Below are positions 1 to 18,178 of a DNA stretch of 64,000 bases, in pieces. Numbering within the stretch: position 1 is the first letter of the stretch; every line of letters starts with the position of its first letter. The notes beneath the pieces are model-generated. The model saw only the letters and a program-made list of their open reading frames with translations. It made no database searches and had not been told where the DNA came from. A program made the translations under genes and the position numbers. The stretch lies in NCBI GenBank assembly GCA_002269645.1, contig NIVC01003678.1, forward strand, positions 1 through 64,000. The letters are read 5' to 3'. The stretch comes from Macrostomum lignano (taxonomy: Eukaryota).

Positions 1-894
1 TCATGCTTTGTCTTCTTCCTTCCTCCTACTGTTTTTCCTTGATTATTTTAACTTTTCTTTATTAGTTTGTTTTATTAATTAAGTTTGCGATCCTATAGTT
101 AAATTTAGCACCCTGGCATGCTGGAACATTGATTTTGTCAGTGCATTGCTCTCTATTGCATAAATAAAGTTACCATCTCTTGTCAACTAATAAAAAATTA
201 ACCCGCCATTAAACTCTAATAAACAATATTAAATTTGCTGCTTCACTTCCTTATCAATTAACTGAAGCCTTCGCTAGTCTATATTAAGTCATTTGCCCGT
301 GGGGCGTAAAATAACCAAGTTCTCGACTCAAAGAAAGTCTGAGACTTCATACGCAAATTACGGTGGTGGCAGCTCTACCCTACTAAAAATAAGCAATTCA
401 GCAATTTCAACGCGTAATTTCTATGGTCAAAAGCTCCGGTGTCTACTATCTGAACAACCATGCTATTCTAACGACCACTCTGCTACGATCACGACTACTA
501 TCCCCCCGGACTTGAGGAACCTGGCAGTCGGAGTAACAAAGGAGAAAAGCATCCAATTTATTCTGTGAAATTTTCCAGCTTTACAAGTGCAGAGACAATG
601 CAGGCGGCAATCCAAATGTGGAATTCGCCCCACCTCACTGGTGTCGTCAACTAATTTCAAAACTACCTATTCCAAGAAAAATCTTTTCTCTGCCCCACCT
701 CAATATTTGTGATATAAATCCTTTTACTTAAGTTAACCAATTTTAGTTTTGTAAAATCTATGTCCAATAATATGTAATAGGTCTCAGTTTTACAATGAAA
801 TTTCCTAAAAAATATTATAAATATTTCCTATACTCAATAGATTTTGTATATTTTGTTTGTTTTAAAGAGTAAATTATAGTAGAAGAAATAGGCC

Positions 895-1230
895 CTAGCC
901 CTAGCACAACTTTGGTAAGTCTTTAGGGTTAGGCCTATTATAGACACTATCACAACTTTTGATAGTAGCAATTGAGATTTAAAGAGAGGGGTTTGAGGCT
1001 TGAGCCCTTTGACAACTTGGTGCTAGCTTTAGGATTAAGTGATATTAGAGAAGTAAGTAACCCCCTATATCAACTTGGTGACTGATAGTGGGTGATTGTT
1101 AAAGAGAGAAATTAGACCCCTATGTCAACTTGGTAGCATTGCCATTAGTGGAATTTTAGAGAGAGTAGAAGTACAACCACTATTACAACTTGGTGGCTTA
1201 CTTAGTGGTGGAATTAAAGTCAACCCTATG
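895..1230. repeat. Degenerate ~55-60 bp tandem repeat with CAACTT(T)GGT core
   Basis: Motif caacttggt(g/a) or a variant recurs about six times at roughly regular spacing between ~905 and ~1195. Confidence 0.4.
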
Positions 1231-2222
1231 TCAAATCTATCATTTTTAGCTTTTTATCCTTTAGGCCCCTATCTATGAATAAAAATATCCAAAATGGTAA
1301 AACCTTTGCAATATAGCCTAAAAGACAGTTTTGACCTAAAATGCATGGGGTGGAGACCACAGGGACCACATAAAAAACATTTGTTGCCAATTTTTGCTAT
1401 AGCCTACGGCTTTAATTCCTTTTTCCTCTTGTAGTAGCTAGACATAATTATTTAGCATATATTAAAGTTGTTTCTTGACAAGGGGCAAAATTTAAGCTAA
1501 TCTGTTGAAAAGTAAAAAGAAAAACAGTGATAATTTTGTCAAAATTTCAACTATGCATATTGGCAATTCACCCTGGCAAGTCGCCCTCACTAAAGTTCCT
1601 AACAATAATTGTTTCTAGAGTATTTCATTACATTAGATTAGATATTACTATTAGATTAGAAGAAGATATTTAGTATGCGCCATGAGCATGAGGTATGTAG
1701 TTGTACTATTGAGCTAGCTCCATCTATGTCAGTGTTCTCATTTGTCTGACGCTCTAATCTGCATGTGTACCCCTTGGAAAATACGAAGCGAATATTTCTT
1801 CTTGAAACCAACACTATCGCGCAATTCTTCTATGACTAGTTTAAATAATTAAAATTAAGTTGATGTCAGATTTTGATGACAAATGATGCTTTTCAAATTA
1901 GCGCTGAATACGATTTGCATAGAAAAACGAAGCAAGTAGAGAGACGATAGGAGCACTTATTAGATATTCTTAGAAAGACAAATATTTTGGTGCTATAATT
2001 CGGTTTTGTTGTAACTGTAAAAAATCACGATTAAACCCTAACAGACATATTTTATAGTTATCGTGCTTTGTAACAATCTGATTAACATGTTAATTTACAA
2101 TGTTACATTTATTATTCTAGTTATTCCCAGTGGCTACGCCGATGCAGGCGGGGCAGAGGGGCTGCAGCCTCCGGGTCACCATGCACCCTCCTAGCTCCCT
2201 GGGGGCCGAGGGGTGACCATCC

Positions 2223-2955
2223 TGTGACGTTGCTAGTTTAAGTGGTCCCGCAAAAGGGCCGTTGGACTGTAGTTTCCCTTGCTATTTCTCATTTTAATTT
2301 CTCCAATAGTTTATTTTAACGTTTACTTGTAGTAGCGTGCAAATAATCTGTATCAACTGCTAATTCACTGTGTATTTGGTAGGCCTTGCGCTCGTCTGTG
2401 AATTTTGGCACGATCGATAATTTCAAGTTCTCTCGCCAGCCAATGAAACTCTCCGTGTTTTATGCTACCCCCTTTTGCGCTCCTTATTAACCCCCCGTCT
2501 GGCGGCGGGCTGGGTTTTTCACTTTCGTTCCTTCTTTCTCTCCTTTCCTTCCTTGCGTTTTCTCTCTCTTGCCTTCTCTCCGTGCCTGCCTTATCTCTCG
2601 CCACGGCCCACCCTGTCTGGGCCCGTCTCGCCAGCCAGACCTGTTTACGCCTTTCCACTGCCAGTCTATTCTCCTAGTGCCACTGCACTGTTTGCTCACT
2701 GCCATCATTCGCCACTTGGGATCACCTTCATCGTGCTCAACCGCCTTCAACTTAACTCAACTTATTGTTGCGCTGCCGCCAGTGCCCAGTACAGTAGTCC
2801 ACTATATTGAAACTGTTAACCTTTGTGTAAATCTGACTACTACTCAAATAAACAAGCCTACGGCCAACTTGTTGCCACGATATTGCCAGTGCTACCGCTA
2901 CAAACCGCCGTGTTGTCTCAACTAGTATTTCTTCGTCACGACAAAACACGTGACA
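2223..2955 (+). mobile_element. Solo LTR (733 bp) with 4-bp TSD
   Basis: Termini TGTGACG...CGTGACA (TG..CA, 6/7 inverted match). ATCC direct repeat at 2219-2222 and 2956-2959. CCAAT at 2440 and AATAAA at 2847 suggest + orientation. No coding capacity. Confidence 0.7.
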
Positions 2956-4229
2956 ATCCTCCCATCCTCCGTGGGATGACCAACCATAGTTTTTTAGTAT
3001 GCGTTTTTGTGAGATTTAAGCGTAATGCCGTTGCTCTAATTCTAAAAATTCGCTGGAGGAGGGGGTGACCAGCCAAACCACCGCCCCCTCCGAATCGGAG
3101 GTGCTGGGCCGCCACGAGCATCCCATAATCCATTTACTGGACGTCGTCTTTGTGCGAGATGTGCTTTCGCTGATTTGCTCTTTTTGCGCAGAGGGACAGC
3201 GTTTTGTAATTTGAGAGTCAACTTTTTAACGGATTACAGTAGTAGTTTATACATATGGTAGCTATCTGGCCTTGTACATCAAGCAGTACATTATCGAGAG
3301 TAAATAGTGTATCGACAATACTAGGCATGAAACTACTAGGAAAATTAAGCGACAGCTGCTATGAGACTACAACTGAGCGCTTAAGGTATGATTTTTTATG
3401 AGCCGATACTGCATCCTGCATGCTCGTATTGCCGCTATAGAATTAGCCCTTTACTACATGTAAGTTGACTCGAAACGAGGAGGCTGAAATGCAAGAAATT
3501 ACATGTATAGCTAGTCCATCCGCAGGAGGATGTCTTACAAAAAACAACCACGTGTATTAGTGTATACTATTTGCGATTCATACATACATTAAATTTTTCT
3601 GGGTTTCACTTTCATTGTTGCATAGACTGTCTAATAGTACATTTAAAATCGCTAAAAACAAAAATGGTTATAGTCTACAATAAAGGTCCGAGATTGAAAT
3701 TATGTACGAGCTATACGTAAGATTGTAATTTTCTTGCTTGTACCCATGCATAGCGCATGTACTAAAGTGGAAAAAATATTAATCAAATAACTTTTAAAGA
3801 TGAACAAACAACAAAAAATCTAATATTTGTTTGAATCAAAATTAACCGAGTGTATGTATACTCGCATATATAATTTGCTACGGACTTGATGCAGGAAAAG
3901 TCATTGTTGATATATTTTAGTTGGACGTTGATTTTAGTTATCGATAATCTTGGGCGGTTGCAATAGCAGGCAGAAACTCTTAAAGTGACACGGCTGCAGA
4001 CTGAAAACAAATTATGTTGATACTGGAATTTTCCACTGACCAGATAAAGCATGCTCTAAACTGAACCTTTGAGGAAATCGGCCTTCAAATCGTAGACTCA
4101 TGAAATTAAGTGTTGTTTTTCCAAACATGCGACATCTGACCAAAAACAAACATTAAGGGCGCTTCATCGCTTTCTAGCAATAAACTTAAGATTTCTCATC
4201 TTGTGTGTTGTGGACTTACGAAACTATAA

Positions 4230-4956
4230 AAAACACTGTTTTAGCACAATCAAACCTAGACACACTGTTTTACCACAGACAAAACCATAGACACACTGTG
4301 ACTGCAGTTTTAACCAAAGACAAAACCATAGACACACTGTTTTACCATAGACGAAACCGTCAACACACTGATTTACCATAGACATACCATAGACAAAACA
4401 GTAGACACACTGTTTTACCACAGACAAAACAATAGACACACTGTTTTACCACAGACAAAACCATAGACACACTGTTTTACCACAGACAAAACCATAGACA
4501 CACTGTTTTACCATAGACAAAACCATAGACACACTGTTTTACCACAGACAAAACCATAGACACACTGTTTTACCATAGACAAAACCATAGACACACTGTT
4601 TTACCATAGACAAAACCATAGACACACTGTTTTACCACAGACAAAACCATAGACACACTGTTTTACCACAGACAAAACCATAGACACACTGTTTTACCAC
4701 AGACAAAACCATAGACACACTGTTTTACCACAGACAAAACCATAGACACACTGTTTTACCACAGACAAAACCATAGACACACTGTTTTACCACAGACAAA
4801 ACCATAGACACACTGTTTTACCACAGACAAAACCATAGACACACTGTTTTACCATAGACAAAACCATAGACACACTGTTTTACCACAGACAAAACCATAG
4901 ACACACTGTTTTACCACAGACAAAACCATAGACACACTGTTTTACCATAGACAAAA
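4230..4956. repeat. 31-bp minisatellite (GACACACTGTTTTACCACAGACAAAACCATA)n
   Basis: Period 31 read directly; about 22 copies, degenerate at the left edge. Confidence 0.95.
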
Positions 4957-5041
4957 CGCCACAAAGCTCAGTGTTACATATATAGTTTCAGATGAGATCT
5001 CCAGTTTCCTTGCTTGGCTCAGCCGCATCACCAGTTGGCTG

Positions 5042-9349
<4,308 letters not shown>

Positions 9350-9572
9350 GTTGCTGGCGCTGCGAGGCGAGAGTTTTAGGCACCGAGTTTTCATTTTGTT
9401 GTTCGACTTCAATACCGAAAATCTTGCCACATTTTCGCAAATTTCACTGGTTCAATTCTGTCCCATGGCACCACATTCTTGCTTCTCAGTGATGTTTTCT
9501 AATTGACTTGCTGGTTTTGTTCTTGCTTTAAGATTTCTGTCTTTTCTTGCTTATGAGTACGTAGCTCGATAC

Positions 9573-9621
<49 letters not shown>

Positions 9622-9624
9622 TAG

Positions 9625-9705
<81 letters not shown>

Positions 9706-9777
9706 GTCTGTCTGTCTCTCTGTCTGTCTGTCTCTCTGTCTGTCTCTCTGTCTGCCTGTCTGTCTGTCTGTCTGTCT
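9573..9777. repeat. (TCTG)n microsatellite
   Basis: Direct reading. Confidence 0.95.
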
Positions 9778-10261
9778 GAATCTCAGGCTGTTTCTAAGAA
9801 ATCGGGAAGCGGGAAACAGTGAATCTCCGCCCTCCGCCAGACCCGAGTCTGCTGCGGGGGATTAGGACCGGATGACGGGCTGGGAAAGATTAATGGGATT
9901 CGCCAGCCACCCGGAGGGCAGCTGGAGCATTTCCTGTTGTGTTCTGAAATCGCCAAGCAACAAGACGAGACGGCGGCATCCAACTTGAGGGAGAAGGCGA
10001 GCGCCAGGGGATCAGTCTCGGGCGCCCGAAGCCCCAGTTCGCTTTCGGGGATTCGACGGCCGCGCAAAGCTTTCTTTAGCTTTGGATGGCTGCGAGTTCA
10101 TTGTAGCGCCAAAATCTCACGACTCTTACGGCTCTGGAATCTGGCATCCTGCTTTCTTAGAAAATGAATTGGAGATCTGGAGTTCTTGACTTGTAATTGC
10201 TTCGTAGATTAAGAATTCACAACTCTGAGTATAAATTTGAAATCTGAATTTGAAATCTGAA

Positions 10262-11015
10262 TTTGGGATGCGGGATGTGGGATTCGGGATGCAGGATTCG
10301 GGATGCGGGATTCGGGATGCGGGATTCGGGATGCGGGATTCGGTATGCGGGATTCGGGATGCAGGATTCGGGATGCAGGATGCGGGATGCGGGATTCGGT
10401 ATGCGGGATTCGGGATGCGGGATTCGGGATGCGGGATTCGGGATGCGGGATTCGGGATGCAGGATTCGGGATGCGGGATTCGGTATGCGGGATTCGGGAT
10501 GCAGGATTCGGGATGCAGGATGCGGGATGCGGGATTCGGGATGCAGGATTCGGGATGCGAGATTCGGGATGCGGGATTAGGGATTCGGGATGCGAGATGT
10601 GGGATTCGGGATGCAGGATTCGGGATGCGGGATTCGGGATGCGGGATTCGGGATGCGGGATTCGGGATGCGGGATTCGGGATGCGGGATTCGGGATGCGG
10701 GATTCGGGATGCGGGATTCGGTATGAGGGATTCGGGATGCAGGATTCGGGATGCAGGATGCGGGATTCGGTATGCGGGATTCGGGATGCAGGATTCGGGA
10801 TGCGGGATTTGGTATGCGGGATTCGGGATGCAGGATTCGGGATGCAGGATGCGGGATTCGGGATGCAGGATTCGGGATGCGAGATTCGGGATGCGGGATT
10901 AGGGATTCGGGATGCGGGATGCGGGATTCGGGATGCCGGATTCGAGATGCAGGATTCGGGATGCGGGATTCGGGATTCTGGATTCGGGACTCGGGATTCG
11001 GGATACGGGATTCGG
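10262..11015. repeat. (GGGATTC/GGGATGC)n heptamer array
   Basis: Direct reading. Confidence 0.95.
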
Positions 11016-11312
11016 GAGATAAGCTACATGCAGACGCAATGTAACATGTATAATGTATTTCATATCACAGCCTTGAGCTACAGTCATCCCTCTTGAATTT
11101 CCTATACTATTGACTTAACAAACTGAAATCGGAGATAACTGCTGCTGATCAACACCCTGCAGATAAAACCTGTGATTTTGGTGGCCTCTGGCCTGCAATC
11201 AGCAGTGTGCTGCCTCGGATAATCACTGCTTCTGGCTCTGGCAACTGTTAATTGTAGCCTAGTGCGGGGAACCACGTGAACAACCTGTTTCCTAGAAATA
11301 GTCGGCCGACAC

Positions 11313-11514
<202 letters not shown>

Positions 11515-11729
11515 CCGACGGAGAAATAGCTTATATTCAGCTTTGGGGCGGCTGTTTTTTTCAATTTTCGCCGTTTCGGTTCAACAGACGGAACGCATCT
11601 GGTGGGGCAAACAGATCGAATTTCCATCGGTTCAATTTCCGCGATTTTAACCCGAATAAAATAAAAGACTCAAAATATCGGATTTTTATCGTAAAGTTCC
11701 AGATCAAGAACGGCAAAGCCTAAATCGGA

Positions 11730-12734
11730 GCCAGATCCATAATCCCAGATCCCAGATCCCAGATCCCAGATCCCAAATCCCAGATCCCAAATCCCAAATC
11801 TCAAATCCCAGATCCCAGATCCCAAATCCCAGATCTCAAATCCCAGATCCCAAATCCCAGATCCCAAATCCCAGATCCCAAATCCCAGATCCCAAATCCC
11901 AGATCCCAAATCCCAGATCCCAAATCCCAGATCCCAAATCCCAGATCCCAAATCCCAGATCCCAAATCCCAGATCCCAAATCCCAGATCCCAAATCCCAG
12001 ATCCCAAATCCCAGATCCCAAATCCCAGATCCCAAATCCCAGATCCCAAATCCCAGATCCCAAATCCCAGATCCCAAATCCCAGATCCCAAATCCCAGAT
12101 CCCAAATCCCAGATCACAAATCCCAGATCCCAAATCCCAGATCCCAAATCCCAGATCCCAAATCCCAGATCCCAAATCCCAGATCCCAAATCCCAGATCC
12201 CAAATCCCAGATCCCAAATCCCAGATCCCAAATCCCAGATCCCAAATCCCAGATCCCAAATCCCAGATCCCAAATCCCAGATCCCAAATCCCAGATCCCA
12301 AATCCCAGATCCCAAATCCCAGATCCCAAATCCCAGATCCCAAATCCCAGATCCCAAATCCCAGATCCCAAATCCCAGATCCCAAATCCCAGATCCCAAA
12401 TCCCAGATCCCAAATCCCAGATCCCAAATCCCAGATCCCAAATCCCAGATCCCAAATCCCAGATCCCAAATCCCAGATCCCAAATCCCAGATCCCAAATC
12501 CCAGATCCCAAATCCCAGATCCCAAATCCCAGATCCCAAATCCCAGATCCCAAATCCCAGATCCCAAATCCCAGATCCCAAATCCCAGATCCCAAATCCC
12601 AGATCCCAAATCCCAGATCCCAAATCCCAGATCCCAAATCCCAGATCCCAAATCCCAGATCCCAAATCCCAGATCCCAAATCCCAGATCCCAAATCCCAG
12701 ATCCCAAATCCCAGATCCCAAATCCCAGATCCCA
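11730..12734. repeat. (CCCAGATCCCAAAT)n 14-mer array
   Basis: Near-perfect period 14, about 70 copies. Confidence 0.95.
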
Positions 12735-13139
12735 GCTGTCATAAATACGAATTGAGTTACCAGTGGGAATGCACTTCAATAAATGCATTTGAGCAGCCAA
12801 AATTCGCTCAAGGATGGAGCGGGAGGCGGGCAGGATTCTAACAGGTTTTGAATCCTAAAATGGCTACAGCGTAGCACTCAAGGTGGAATGTTGCACTGCA
12901 AAGTACTTTGAACTACGAGACAAGCGGTTCGCTACTGGCATTGATGAATAAAAGTGCTTGGAGAAAGTGAAGCGGCAGCTGCAGACTTCTCAGACAATGT
13001 GAAATTCTTTAGCTGACTGACGGACTGAGGGCAGGCTGTCAATGAAGTTTTAAGTTGGCAAATTGCAATAGGGTTTAGCTTCTGATTTAAACAGCACTTT
13101 GGGTTTGAAAGGCCAAAAAAATTGTCCTAAAAAAGCTTA

Positions 13140-13860
13140 AAAATCCTCTCCGCACTTTTTCCGCCCCCAAAATCCACCCGCCCTTAATATCCGTCCCCTC
13201 CCCCAAATTCCACCCCCAATCCCCCCCGAAATCCGCCCCCTAAATCCGCGATACCAAAATCCGCCTGCAAAATCCCCCAAACTCCACCCTTAATATCCGC
13301 CCTCAAAATCCGCCCCTAAACTCCGCCCTTAATATCCGCCCCTCAAAATCCGCCCCCAAACTCCGCCCTTAATATCCGCCCCTCAAAATCCGCCTCCAAA
13401 CTCCGCCCTTAATATCCGCCCCTCAAAATCCGCCCCCAAACTCCGCCCTTAATATCCGCCCCTCAAAATCCGCCCCCAAACTCCGCCCTTAATATCCGCC
13501 CCTCAAAATCCGCCCCCAAACTCCGCCCTTAATATCCGCCCCTCAAAATCCGCCCCCAAACTCCGCCCTTAATATCCGCCCCTCAAAATCCGCCCCCAAA
13601 CTCCGCCCTTAATATCCGCCCCAAAAATCCGCCCCCAAACTCCGCCCTTAATATCCGCCCCTCAAAATCCGCCCCCAAACTCCGCCCTTAATATCCGCCC
13701 CTCAAAATCCGCCCCCAAACTCCGCCCTTAATATCCGCCCCTCAAAATCCGCCCCCAAACTCCGCCCTTAATATCCGCCCCTCAAAATCCGCCCCCAAAC
13801 TCCGCCCCTATTATCCGCTCCCAAATTTCGCCCACAAAATCCACCCCGAAATCCACTCTC
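13140..13860. repeat. 40-bp C-rich minisatellite (CTCCGCCCTTAATATCCGCCCCTCAAAATCCGCCCCCAAA)n
   Basis: Period 40 in the core with degenerate edges. Confidence 0.95.
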
Positions 13861-14870
13861 AACTCAACGTCCGGCCTGAAACTTGGGCTTTAAAATGTTC
13901 TGGGACTTTAAAATCGGCTGTATAAAATCCGTCTCATAATCCGCCCCCTAGTGGCAACACCCGAAAAAACCCGCTATCAAAATCCGCTCTTCTTTTTCAC
14001 TTTTCAGTTTGCGCACTACCCAAGAGAAAGAGGGCAAGCAAGGCTGCTGGGGTCACCCAGCCCTGTTGAATGCAGCCATTTGACACCAGCAGCATGCAAC
14101 ACATGCGGCCGCCCACACCAGCCCTCCAAATATGTGCAATTTATCTGGCACTTCGGCTGACCATGCGACAGCGAGCGACTCTCTGCATGCGCGACTGGCA
14201 AATCCCCCGAATCCCCAGTGGAGTAGGGGAAAAGCTGTGGAAATTCTCCCAGTCCGGCTGCTAGGAGCAACCTCAGTCATTCTGGGGCCCGCGGGCGAGA
14301 GACAAATTCAGAAAAAGTTCAAGCATCCATCATTGAAGAAACTTACATGCGGAGCCCGGCGACTCTCGGCGAGAGCTGAGAATATTTCTTAAAAATGTCT
14401 AAGGGTGAAGCGCCTAGCTACGAGGCTTCCAGTTGGGCATTTATAACCGAGCTGGGGTTGCTGGGGCGTGGGTTCTGAAGCGCGGAGGAGGCGTGGGCGG
14501 CGGTAACCGGAATTGCGTCATGCGCATCTATTGAGACAGAGAGAGTGAGAGATGAGGGGATATCCAACGAAAATCCACATCGCATGAAGGTGTGGGGGGG
14601 AAGTGGCGGCCGCCACCACTGCTGCTGCAGACTTGCATGGGCCAATAGCGAGCCTTGGGGTCTCCAGACAGGCGAGACAGATGAAGCAGTTCCGAGGTGC
14701 TCTCGGACAGCTGGCTGGGATTCGACAGTCGAGACAGATGAGGCCGGATCTGGATCTGGAGATGGGAAAAGCTAAGAGTTCTACTGCCCAATCTGGGATC
14801 CCACAGGACTCCTATTGGCCGCTGGTGTGGCCTCAATCTTAATCCCCCTTCGTATTCTCCCATTCTATGA

Positions 14871-15484
<614 letters not shown>

Positions 15485-15936
15485 TCACTCGCCCTTAAAA
15501 AGTTAATTTCTCAACGAAGCGTGAAATAAATTTATTGAATCAGCGGAGCAGCTCAAAAACTTCAAACCTGTTAGAGATGGCAGTACAGTAGCATGCGAAC
15601 AATAACGTTTCTAATTGAGATGCATTCAGGCGTTAATTTGCCTCTAGAAGCAGCAAAAAAACTTGAGCAGAGAGCTTCTAATTAAACTTTCAGTCACAGG
15701 CGCCCCGGTTCTGATTTGATTCGGTCTGCATGACTTGAATCAATAAGAAGCCGGTGAGCTCTGCAACACGAACTCACTGGCATGACTACCCGGTCTGGCC
15801 TCTGAATAAGTCTGCTGCTTCGGGGTGACGCTGGGAAAGATTGAAATTTGCATGATAAACAGGCCAGGTAGAGAATGAAATATTTTGTCTGTTGACCTGG
15901 CCGAGCAATGGCTGACAGAGTTCCTGGGATGGGGCT

Positions 15937-16896
15937 CACTCACTGACTCACTGACTCACTCACTCACTCACTCACTGACTCATTCACTCACTCATTCACT
16001 CACTCACTCACTCACTGACTCACTGACTAACTCACGCATTCACTCACTCACTCACTCACTCACTCACTCACTCACTCACTCACTCACTCACTCACACACT
16101 GACTAACTCACTCACTCACTCACTCACTCACTCACTCACTCACTCACTCACTCACTCACTCACTCACTCACACACTGACTAACTCACTCACTCACTCACT
16201 CACTGACTCATTCACTCACTCATTCACTCACTCACTCACTCACTCACTCACTCACTCACTCATTCACTCACTCACTCACTCACTCACTCACTCACTCACT
16301 CACTCACTCACTCACTCACTCACTCACTCATTCACTCATTCACTCACTCACTCACTCACTCACTCACTCACTCACTCACTCACTCACTCACTCACTCACT
16401 CACTCACTCACTCACTCACTCACTCACTCACTCACTCACTCACTCACTCACTCACTCACTCACTCACTCACTCACTCACTCACTCACTCACTCACTCACT
16501 CACTCACTCACTGACTCACTCACTGACTCACTCACTCACTCACTCACTCACTCACTCACTCACTCACTCACTCACTCACTCACTCACTCACTGACTCACT
16601 CACTCACTCACTCACTCACTCACTCACTCACTCACTCACTCACTCACTCACTCACTCACTCACTCACTCACTCACTCACTCACTCATTCACTCATTCACT
16701 CACTCACTCACTCACTCACTCACTCACTCACTCACTCACTCACTCACTCACTCACTCACTCACTCACTCACTCACTCACTCACTCACTCACTCACTCACT
16801 CACTCACTCACTCACTCACTCACTCACTCACTCACTCACTCACTCACTCACTCACTTACTCACTTACTCACTCACTCACTCACTCACTCACTCACT
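15937..16896. repeat. (CACT)n microsatellite
   Basis: Direct reading. Confidence 0.95.
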
Positions 16897-17359
16897 AGTT
16901 TAAATTATACTGAGCCACTCTGCAGCAGCACTAACACAATGCAGTTGCACAGTACAAACCAGCAAAAACGGGTATTTAGTCAGCCAAATATTTCAAGCCT
17001 CACAAGCAGACACGATAGAATTCTCATTGTTCTCATTTTAGCACGAGAACAGGTGGCCCCCTGAAGCAGTCGGCTGCTTCCATTGTAATCAAAATTTCAT
17101 GCCGCGCGAGAATTCGAAAGTGGGCACTCAGACTTTATTCAATATTGCTGCCAATCCACGCGTTCCTATTGTGAGCGGAATGCGAGATGAAATCGAAATA
17201 CAATTTTCTGAACAATTTTGCGTCACTTCTCCAATGAAGCTCGTAGGAACTGTTTGGATTTCTGCTCTTCATCTCCTATGATTTGCTGCTTGGAGCTGAT
17301 TTTGATTTTGTTCAGATTATTTATGCTGACTTGTGAGAGACCCAGAGAATAAATAAAAT

Positions 17360-17600
17360 AGAGAGGGAGAGAGGAGAGGGAGAGAGAGAGAGAGAGAGAG
17401 TAGGAGAGAAGGAGAGAGAGAGAAAGAGAGAGAGAGATGGAGGGGAGATTGAGAGGGAGGGAGAGAGGGGGGAGAGGGAGAGAGGGAGAGGGAGAGACGG
17501 AGAAAGAGAGAGGGAGAGGGAGAGAGGGAGAGAGGGAGAGGGGGAGAGGAGAGGGGAAGGGGGAGAGGGAGAGAGGGAGACAGGGAGAGAGAAGGAGAGA

Positions 17601-17660
<60 letters not shown>

Positions 17661-17715
17661 GAGAGAGGGAGAGGGAGAGAGGGAGAGGAGAGAGGGAGAG
17701 GGAGAGAAGGAGAGA

Positions 17716-17802
<87 letters not shown>

Positions 17803-17864
17803 GGAGAGGGAGAGAGGGAGAGGGAGAGAGGGAGAGGGAGAGAGAAAGAGAGAGAGAAAGAGAG

Positions 17865-17902
<38 letters not shown>

Positions 17903-17908
17903 GAGAGA

Positions 17909-17967
<59 letters not shown>

Positions 17968-18110
17968 GGAGAGGGAGAGAGGTAGAAAGAGATAGTGGGA
18001 GCGGGATAGTGGGAGAGGGAGTGGAAGAGAGAAGAGGGAGAGAGGAAGATTGGAGTGGAGGGGGTAGAGGGGGAGAGAAGAGGAAAGAGGAGAGGGAGAG
18101 AGATGTTGGT
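17360..18110. repeat. (GA)n/(GAGAGG)n purine tract
   Basis: Direct reading. Confidence 0.95.
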
Positions 18111-18178
18111 GAGGTGAAGAAGGATCAGGACAAAACTGTTTCAAACCCATCTAAATAATTTTGACCCCAAACGCCAGG

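Noticed and set aside
2956-2970. Minus-strand polypurine tract implying a full LTR element to the right of 2955
   Set aside because: The ATCC TSD on both sides explains the segment as a solo LTR, and no retroelement ORFs follow.
12735-12860. SprT/GCNA-like exon (CHKYELSYQWEC)
   Set aside because: Only a short resemblance; the second Cys pair and the HExxH exon were not found.
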